A stretch of 62,450 bases of DNA from a virus (taxonomy: Duplodnaviria; Caudoviricetes), in IMG/VR virus record IMGVR_UViG_3300049012_000046, positions 1 through 62,450 of that record; one strand, 5' to 3'. Within the stretch, counting starts at the first letter, position 1. Each line of letters opens with the position of its first letter. This document shows, piece by piece, positions 56,307 through 62,450 of this stretch. Under the pieces are notes generated by a model that was given only the letters and a program-made list of their open reading frames with translations, was not told the DNA's origin and ran no database searches. A program made the translations under genes and the position numbers.

Positions 56307-57224
56307 TCAGTGCCGTGCCCAGGCTTGCCGCAACGTCAGCGTCAGCACATTGGTCGACGTCTTCGGGATGTTGGGCGAGAACTCGATCTGATTGCGACTG
56401 AACGAACCATTGACGATGATCGCAATGGACTTGATCCCACCGGCCAAATTGCCTTGTGAAATCGAAGCGGTGATCGTGTAGTCCCGATAGAAGGTGCCAT
56501 TCACATATGACAGCATCGACCCTACGGACATCGAAGCAGCCGAGCCGGAAGGCCCGCCCGCCGTAATGGCCCCCAGTGCCCCCGTATACGCAGTCGCCTG
56601 CGACGGGTTGCCCATGTATTGCCCAGAGGTGTGCAGACCGATCGCGATTGTCGTAGCAATGCTGAACCAACGCGCCGTGTAGTTGTACGTCGTCCCGCTG
56701 ATGTCCACCGTCCCTGTGGAATCAGTCAGCTGCGGGTATGCGGTTAGCCGGTAGGTGACTTGAAGGATCTCACTCGAAAGGACCGTAATGGTAGTGGGCG
56801 AGCCACCGCCATCCAGGATGCGCGAGCGCGAGAACAGGGTCGAGGCTGAAGATGCCGTCCACCCAAGACCCAGCTCCGCCATGTTCCCCACGACTGCACC
56901 CAGCGCGAATTCATAGGTCGACGTGGTCTGTGTCTCGTAGTTCGGTGAACCCGCATTGGTCGTCGATTGGCCGATGACATTATTTGTCGAAGCAGACTGT
57001 GAAACAAGCGCGGTATCGGTGAACGCTGGGGCGGTGGTACCGGTACCGATTCGACAAAAATTGCCTACCGCACCGACTTGCTGCCCGATGCGATCCATCC
57101 CAAGATTGGTGATGAGGTTCGGAATCCAATCCGACTCATAACGAACCGACCGATCTGCACGCAAGATGCGCAGCTTGTAGTCGCCCTTCAAGCCAACTTT
57201 GATGCCTACCTTGATGGCGGTCAT
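56307..57224 (-). CDS. Virion structural / tail protein
   Basis: NLITN.G.D.IG...GTGTTAP..TDT.L...F..GA..GN.AE.G...LFSR..I.D..G.P.TITV...E.L.V.Y; Thr/Ser/Gly-rich. Confidence 0.8.
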   Translation of the reverse strand: MTAIKVGIKVGLKGDYKLRILRADRSVRYESDWIPNLITNLGMDRIGQQVGAVGNFCRIGTGTTAPAFTDTALVSQSASTNNVIGQSTTNAGSPNYETQTTSTYEFALGAVVGNMAELGLGWTASSASTLFSRSRILDGGGSPTTITVLSSEILQVTYRLTAYPQLTDSTGTVDISGTTYNYTARWFSIATTIAIGLHTSGQYMGNPSQATAYTGALGAITAGGPSGSAASMSVGSMLSYVNGTFYRDYTITASISQGNLAGGIKSIAIIVNGSFSRNQIEFSPNIPKTSTNVLTLTLRQAWARH

Positions 57225-57982
57225 ACGAGAGTGCCTCCAACTGGAACTGACGGAGCAATGTTGATTTCTTCAGGCGAGTGACTGTAGGTGACCAATGTCT
57301 CCACCAGCGTGCCGGACAGCGGAGTCGACACCAGAACGTCGAGCAGCTCCGGTGCGTTGTGGTTGTACGTGACCAGCACCTCCACCAGCGTGCCGGACTG
57401 CGGAGTCGACACCAGAACGTCGAGCAGCTCCGGCGTGACGTGGTTGTAGCTTTGCAGCGTGCTGACCAGCGTCCCAGACAGCGGGATCGACGGCGGCACA
57501 TCCAGCTCTTCGATCGGCCACTGGATCAGGTACCCACCTACCGGTACCGATACGATCATCTCCAGCAGCTCGATCGGATCGAGCGGGTACAGCCGGCTGG
57601 TGTAATAAATCCGCTCCAGCGGCTGCAGCCGCACCTCGCACGTCACACTGACGCGCCAGGCGCCATTGCCCAAGTGCGCCCAGTGCGGTGTGGCGATCAT
57701 CTTGCGCTGCGCGAACTTCCAGCCCTGCGGCAAGGGCCACACCGCGATGAACCACTTCGTGCCGTAGTTGAGATCGTTCGCCCACCAGGCCGCGAAGATC
57801 GCCGCCTCTTCCGCGGCGAACATCCACGTCAAGTCCTGCAGGTACAGCCGCGCACGGTGCCCTGCACGGGTTTCGCGCACGCCCCTCGTCGGCCCAACCA
57901 CGCGCCGCTCGTCCGCGCGCAGCGGCCCCAGCTCCGGTCCACGCAGGATCGGAGGGTAGACGTGGTGGTTGCCGGCGGCCAT
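57221..57982 (-). CDS. Distal-tail-like domain plus 27-aa repeats (paralog A)
   Basis: N-domain similar to 54523-54894; YYTSRLYP junction; repeats PELLDVLVSTPxSGTLVE. Confidence 0.78.
   Translation of the reverse strand: MAAGNHHVYPPILRGPELGPLRADERRVVGPTRGVRETRAGHRARLYLQDLTWMFAAEEAAIFAAWWANDLNYGTKWFIAVWPLPQGWKFAQRKMIATPHWAHLGNGAWRVSVTCEVRLQPLERIYYTSRLYPLDPIELLEMIVSVPVGGYLIQWPIEELDVPPSIPLSGTLVSTLQSYNHVTPELLDVLVSTPQSGTLVEVLVTYNHNAPELLDVLVSTPLSGTLVETLVTYSHSPEEINIAPSVPVGGTLV
57290..57500 (-). repeat. 81-bp coding tandem repeat
   Basis: CCACCAGCGTGCCGGAC at 57301 and 57382; degenerate flanking copies. Confidence 0.85.
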
Positions 57983-57986
57983 TCAC

Positions 57987-60900
57987 TCAGTTGCGCCGCG
58001 GCAAGCGGCCCGTCATGTTGACGCCCTGCGACTTGATCGCTTGCGCAGTCGAGCCACCCGTCACGATCTGCCGATTCACCTCGGCCACCACCGCGCGCAC
58101 CATCAGCTTCATCTCGCGCTCGCCGTTGGGTTTGCGGGTCTCCGTCTGCGTGATCTGCGCGCCGTGGTTCTCGATGACGATCGAAACGTTGCTGCCACTG
58201 CCGGCGCCCTGAGCCACGACGCCCAGCGAGCCGTCGGGCCCGCGGCGCAGCGGCATGACAGCCTCCGGCCCAGCCTCGCCCAGCTCGCCCAGGGCCATGC
58301 CACCACCCTTCGCGAACTGGAAGATCGTGGGTCGATGGAACACGTCGCCCTTGGCGTACTGCTGCACGCCGCCCTTGAACGCACCGCCGTCAGCGAGAAA
58401 CAGGCCCAGGTCCTCCATGCCGAAACCGAGACCGGTGCCGAAGCCGCCGCCAGCGAAGTTCCCCAGCCCGAGGCCACTGCCGTTGAAGAGGCTGCCAATC
58501 GAGCTGAAGAGCCCACTGATCGAGCCGCCCGAATTCAGCAGCTGCGCGATCCAGCTGCCCAGCGCGCTGACCGCATCCATCGCGCCACTGCCAAGCTGAC
58601 GCAGACCGTCGACCGCCGGGTTGGCCGCGTTGCGCACATCGTCGAACATGCGCTTCGCATTGGTGGCGAGATTGCTGAAGGGGTTGTCCTGCGGCTGACC
58701 ACGGTCGTTGCGCGCGAAGTCGCCGGTGGACGTCTCCTTGCGCTGGCCATAGGCAAAGCCCGCTGCCATCTTGCCGAAGTCGCGGAAGTACGGCGCAAGC
58801 TGCTGCTGGTAGACCTGCTTGGCCAGCTCATCGCGAATGAAGTTCAACAGGTCGCGGCCGCTCAGCTTGCCGGTCTGCACGAACTTCATCCACATGTCCT
58901 GGCCCTTCTGCACGACGCCAGTGATCATGTCGTCGTAGGCCTTCTGCATCGACCGCATCGTGTTCGCCCACTCTTCGGCGTCACGCTTCCACTGCGGGGC
59001 CACACTGCGCGTGGCGATCTGCGCGGCGCGCGCAGACTGCACATCGCGCTGCTCCTGGATGCGCCGCAGATCTTCCTCAAGCTCGGCCACGCGGGCGCGC
59101 AGCTTCGGCACGATCGGGTCGTTCTCCGCTGCCTTGTCGATGTCGCGCGTGAGGTCGCTGATGGCAAGCTGGGCCTTCTGGATCAGGCCGACGTACTTCT
59201 CGGCCTCGGCGTTGCGCGCGGTCAGCGCCGCCTGCTCTTCCGGCAGCAGGCGGTCGTACGCGAGCTTGGCGTCCATCTGCCGCTCCTGCAGGTCGACGCC
59301 TTGCCGCAGCTTCTCGAGCTCTGAATCGAGCGAACGGTCCGCACGGTTGGCCGCGCCTTGCTCCTTCAGGTCGGCGATCTTCTTGCGCTGCACCAGCTCC
59401 AGGTCGAGCCGCTTGAGCATCTCGTCGATGGCCACTGCCTCGGCATTGCCCTTGCTGACCTTGCCCTCCTTGGCCATCTGCCCGCGCAGCGTTTCGAACC
59501 TCGTCTTGTAGTCCTGCAGCAGCGCCAGCTCGGCGTCGTACTGCCGCTGGGCCAGATCCTGCGAGCGCAGCGCATAGCCAGCCTCGGAGATCAGCTTGCC
59601 CTCGTGCGACTTGTCGAGCAGCTTCTGCTCGAAGGCGTACATCTCCTTCAGCGTCTTCTCGCGCTCGGCGTACTCACTCTTCAGGTTGCTGGCCAGGCTG
59701 CCGGCAGCCTCAGGCTTGACCGGGCGCACGTTCTCACCGGTGGGCTTGGGCGCATTGGCCTGCGCATCGGCCGCAGCCGACACGCGCCCGCTCAGATCAC
59801 GCAGCTCATCCAGGCGCGCAGTGATCTGCTGCTTGAGCTGCAGCGACTCGCTGTACGACTTCTTCGCCGCCTCGAGGTCCGCACGTGCGGCCGCAACGTA
59901 GGGGTTCTCGACGCTGGTGTTGCGCTTGTCGCCGGCCATCCGACGATCGAGAAGCTCCTGCGCCTTCTTCACGCGCTCCGCCTGCGCAGCCAAGTCGGTC
60001 TCGATCCCCTCCAGCGCCTGCCGGCCGGAATCCTGGATCGCCTTCTGGTCGCTTGCGTCCTTCTGCCCCGTCAGGGCCAGCCAGTTGTCGCGCGTACGCT
60101 TGACCTGGTCCTGCAGGTTCGCCAGCAGCGCCTTGTTCGCCGCCAGTGCATCAGCTTGAGCGTTGTTCTTCTTGCCGGAAGCCGCAGCCCAGTAGAGATC
60201 CCACGCAAGAATGCCGCCGGCGATGATGCCCCCCACCACCGGAATGAACCGGGCAAGCCGGCCCATACCGGTCAGCGCCGCGGTGGCGCCCGCCGCGGCG
60301 CTGGCTTCCGTCGCCACCGTGTCGGCAGTCTTCGCCGCCGTCAGGCCGCGGTAGGCCACCGTCAGCGAAGCGATGCCTGCAGCTGCGGCGGTGAAGACGT
60401 TGCTGGTCAGCATCGCCGCCTTCCAGGCCAGGTAGGCGATCGCGAGATTCTTGATCGTGTCCAGGTGCGTGACGAGATACACGCCCAGGTTGCCCACCGC
60501 CACCGCCAGGTTCTGCACGTTGGCCTGGAACTGCGGCGAGCCGAAGGTCTCGCGCAGGCGCGTGGAGATCGACAGGATCGCCGGCTCGAGACCTTGGAAG
60601 GCCGAGGCAAGCGAGGCCTGGAACGAGCTGGCCACCGAGGCCATCTGGTTCTTCGCGGTCAAGCCCAGGCGCGCCGCGGCAAGCGCTTGGTAGCCGAACG
60701 ACTCGTCGATCTGCTTGCGGATCGCCGCAAGCTGGCTGATGCCCTGCTGCCCTTGCTCCTTGGACATCGTGTTGTAGGCGTTGATCAGCGCCACCAGGTC
60801 CTTGCCGCCTCGGGTGTTCGACAGGTCCTGAATGAAGCGCGTCTGATCCGGGCCCTTCAAGCTGTTGTACTTGCCGGCCAGCTGCTCGATCAGCGGCAGC

Positions 60901-62450
60901 AGTTCCTTGATCTTGCCGCTCTGCGGATCGAGCGCATCGATCTTCCAGGCGATCATGTTCCGGCGCACGATGGACGTGCTGCCCGACAGCTCGGCGTACA
61001 TGTTCTTCAGCGCCGTGCCGGCCGCCGTGCCGCGAATGCCCAGCTGGCTCAGCAGAGCAAGGTTGGTCGCAACGTCAACCAGCGACTGCCCGTACAGCAC
61101 GTGCACCTCGGAGGCCGACTGCATCGACTGGGTCAGCGACTCGACGCTCGACAGCGACACCGCCGCAGCCTTGGCGATCACATCGCCCACGCGACCGAAG
61201 CCGTTGGCCGAGTAGCCGAAGGCTGTGGCGATCTGCACCATCGACTGCGCCGCACGATCGATCGTCGTCGTGCCGGCGATGGCGAAGTTCATCACGTCGT
61301 TGATCGCCGTCTTCTGCTCGGCCACCGACAAGCCGGCCAGTGTCAGCTGCTTGAACGCCTCGGCGATCTGCCGCGGACCGAACGGGCCGGTGCGCGCCAT
61401 CTCGAGCAGCTGCTCGTTGAGCTGGCCCACCGACTGCGCCGTCTCCTCGCCCAGGATCTTGACGACCGCCAGCTCATGCGCCACGTCGGCGCCGACCTTC
61501 ACCGTCTGCACGAAGGCGTTGGACAGCGCCGCGCCGGCCAGCAGCGGACCCAGGTTGCCCCAGGTCAGGAACATCGCGTTGAAGCCGCTGGCCAGGCCGC
61601 GCGCCGCGCTGTGGCCATCGCGCATCGCGTCGGCCATGCCCTTGAACTTGGGCGTGCCGTCGGCGGCCACCTGGTTCGCCCCCTGCCCAGCAGCCTTCAG
61701 CGCCTGCAGGCTGCTCGCCGCCGACGCCGCGCCGGCGGCCGTGGGGCCGAACGTCGCCTCGACGTCCTCCCGCGACCGGCCAGCATCGAGCTGCGCGCGG
61801 GCGCGCACCTGGGTGCGCAGCTGGCCGCCGGCGTCACGCGCCTGGTAGGCCGCCTCCGCCTTGCGGATCCGGTCGGCCGCCTGCTTCAGCGCGTCCGCCT
61901 CGCGCGCCGCCGCGGCAAGCTGCTCCTCGGCGATCTGCAGCGAGCCGCGCTGCATCTTGGCGATCCAGGCAAGCCGGGCGTCCTGCTCGCGCTGCGCGGC
62001 GCGCTCCATCGCCTCGGCGATCTTGAGCGAGCCGACCTGCAAGCGGGCCTGCCAGGCGAGCGCGCCGGAGGCGGCCTTGGTCGCCGCCTTGTCCTGCTCC
62101 TCGGCGATCTTGAGCGCGCCGGTCATCATCTTGGCGCGCCACGCCAGCGCCGCGGCCTGCTCGCGCGCATTGGCCGCTTCGATCGCCTCGGCGATCTTGA
62201 GCGAGCCGACCTGCAGCTTGGCCGCCACCCCAGGGCGGCCGACGCCGCCTTCGTGGCGGCCAGCTCCTGGCCCTCGGCGATCGCCGCCGAGCCGACCATC
62301 ATCTTGGCCTTCCAGGCGAGCTTGGCGCGGCTCTCGCGCGCCTCCGCGGCCTCGATCGCCTCGGCGATCTTGAGCGAGCCGACCTGCAGCTTGGCCTGCC
62401 ACCCCAGGGCGGCCGACGCCGCCTTCGTGGCGGCCAGCTCCTGGCCCTCG
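57987..62450 (-). CDS. Tail tape measure protein (5' end outside window; 1-nt frameshift near 62224)
   Basis: >1400 aa Ala-rich helical protein; TP901-type core (L...G..G..AGTALKN); C-terminal GEAGPEAVMPL.R..DG.LGV motif. Confidence 0.93.
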   Translation of the reverse strand, partial: RGPGAGRHEGGVGRPGVAGQAAGRLAQDRRGDRGRGGAREPRQARLEGQDDGRLGGDRRGPGAGRHEGGVGRPGVAAKLQVGSLKIAEAIEAANAREQAAALAWRAKMMTGALKIAEEQDKAATKAASGALAWQARLQVGSLKIAEAMERAAQREQDARLAWIAKMQRGSLQIAEEQLAAAAREADALKQAADRIRKAEAAYQARDAGGQLRTQVRARAQLDAGRSREDVEATFGPTAAGAASAASSLQALKAAGQGANQVAADGTPKFKGMADAMRDGHSAARGLASGFNAMFLTWGNLGPLLAGAALSNAFVQTVKVGADVAHELAVVKILGEETAQSVGQLNEQLLEMARTGPFGPRQIAEAFKQLTLAGLSVAEQKTAINDVMNFAIAGTTTIDRAAQSMVQIATAFGYSANGFGRVGDVIAKAAAVSLSSVESLTQSMQSASEVHVLYGQSLVDVATNLALLSQLGIRGTAAGTALKNMYAELSGSTSIVRRNMIAWKIDALDPQSGKIKELLPLIEQLAGKYNSLKGPDQTRFIQDLSNTRGGKDLVALINAYNTMSKEQGQQGISQLAAIRKQIDESFGYQALAAARLGLTAKNQMASVASSFQASLASAFQGLEPAILSISTRLRETFGSPQFQANVQNLAVAVGNLGVYLVTHLDTIKNLAIAYLAWKAAMLTSNVFTAAAAGIASLTVAYRGLTAAKTADTVATEASAAAGATAALTGMGRLARFIPVVGGIIAGGILAWDLYWAAASGKKNNAQADALAANKALLANLQDQVKRTRDNWLALTGQKDASDQKAIQDSGRQALEGIETDLAAQAERVKKAQELLDRRMAGDKRNTSVENPYVAAARADLEAAKKSYSESLQLKQQITARLDELRDLSGRVSAAADAQANAPKPTGENVRPVKPEAAGSLASNLKSEYAEREKTLKEMYAFEQKLLDKSHEGKLISEAGYALRSQDLAQRQYDAELALLQDYKTRFETLRGQMAKEGKVSKGNAEAVAIDEMLKRLDLELVQRKKIADLKEQGAANRADRSLDSELEKLRQGVDLQERQMDAKLAYDRLLPEEQAALTARNAEAEKYVGLIQKAQLAISDLTRDIDKAAENDPIVPKLRARVAELEEDLRRIQEQRDVQSARAAQIATRSVAPQWKRDAEEWANTMRSMQKAYDDMITGVVQKGQDMWMKFVQTGKLSGRDLLNFIRDELAKQVYQQQLAPYFRDFGKMAAGFAYGQRKETSTGDFARNDRGQPQDNPFSNLATNAKRMFDDVRNAANPAVDGLRQLGSGAMDAVSALGSWIAQLLNSGGSISGLFSSIGSLFNGSGLGLGNFAGGGFGTGLGFGMEDLGLFLADGGAFKGGVQQYAKGDVFHRPTIFQFAKGGGMALGELGEAGPEAVMPLRRGPDGSLGVVAQGAGSGSNVSIVIENHGAQITQTETRKPNGEREMKLMVRAVVAEVNRQIVTGGSTAQAIKSQGVNMTGRLPRRN
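61990..62450 (-). repeat. 174-bp (58-aa) coding repeats in tape measure
   Basis: CTCGGCGATCTTGAGCGAGCCGACCTGCA recurs with unit ends at 62046, 62220 and 62393. Confidence 0.9.

Larger units (their letters stand above)
1..62450. mobile_element. Tailed bacteriophage genome segment (early, replication, tail and lysis modules)
   Basis: Tape measure, tail-tip, endolysin, phage Pol A, primase-helicase and a dense array of small overlapping ORFs; two convergent transcription blocks; no host housekeeping genes. Confidence 0.97.

Noticed and set aside
49981-57982. Diversity-generating retroelement or invertible tail-fibre cassette
   Set aside because: No reverse transcriptase or invertase, and no TR/VR pair with adenine-specific differences; the repeats seen are in-frame coding tandem repeats
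27028-59324. Long antisense or alternate-frame ORFs (e.g. 37361-40207 -, 28975-30528 -, 29610-31076 +, 47077-48201 +, 57969-59324 +)
   Set aside because: They shadow well-supported genes, have Arg/Ala/Gly-rich nonsense composition, and are expected from GC-rich codon bias
62224-62402. ORF-track N-terminus of the tape measure (MAGQAAGRL...)
   Set aside because: Out-of-frame translation upstream of the 1-nt deletion; the true gene continues beyond the window end
1-62450. tRNA/rRNA genes and alternative genetic code
   Set aside because: No cloverleaf or rRNA-like segment was seen in the few intergenic gaps; genes read intact with the standard code and use TGA/TAA/TAG as stops

Overview
The whole window is a GC-rich tailed dsDNA phage genome segment, siphovirus-like. 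The host is probably a betaproteobacterium or other high-GC proteobacterium (inferred from the H-NS, LuxR and lipoprotein types). No host genes, integrase, tRNA or CRISPR array were seen. It has three blocks. (1) 1-26.7 kb, + strand: about 85 very small, translationally coupled early/accessory genes. These include EF-Ts-N-domain-like and Rmf-like neighbours, Lar-like, WYL, ArdA-like and HNH genes, and one minus-strand H-NS gene. The block is punctuated by a recurrent hairpin + ACTTCAAAGGAG start motif and by single genes flanked by direct repeats. (2) 27.1-46.8 kb, + strand: replication, nucleotide metabolism and recombination. It carries an SNF2-like helicase, AEP primase-helicase, SSB-like protein, Tad1 anti-defence sponge, DEDDh exonuclease, two MazG-like proteins, ThyA, dNMP kinase, full-length Pol I, a sigma-region-2-like protein, resolvase, SbcD/SbcC and an Xis-like protein. 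(3) 46.8-62.45 kb, - strand: tape measure (5' end outside the window, with a 1-nt frameshift in a repeat), a tail-tip module with three paralogous distal-tail-like domains, and a lysis region (holin-like, GH19 endolysin, lipoprotein) that continues into a secreted DUF1996 protein and a LuxR HTH. All family calls come from motif recognition by eye, not database searches.
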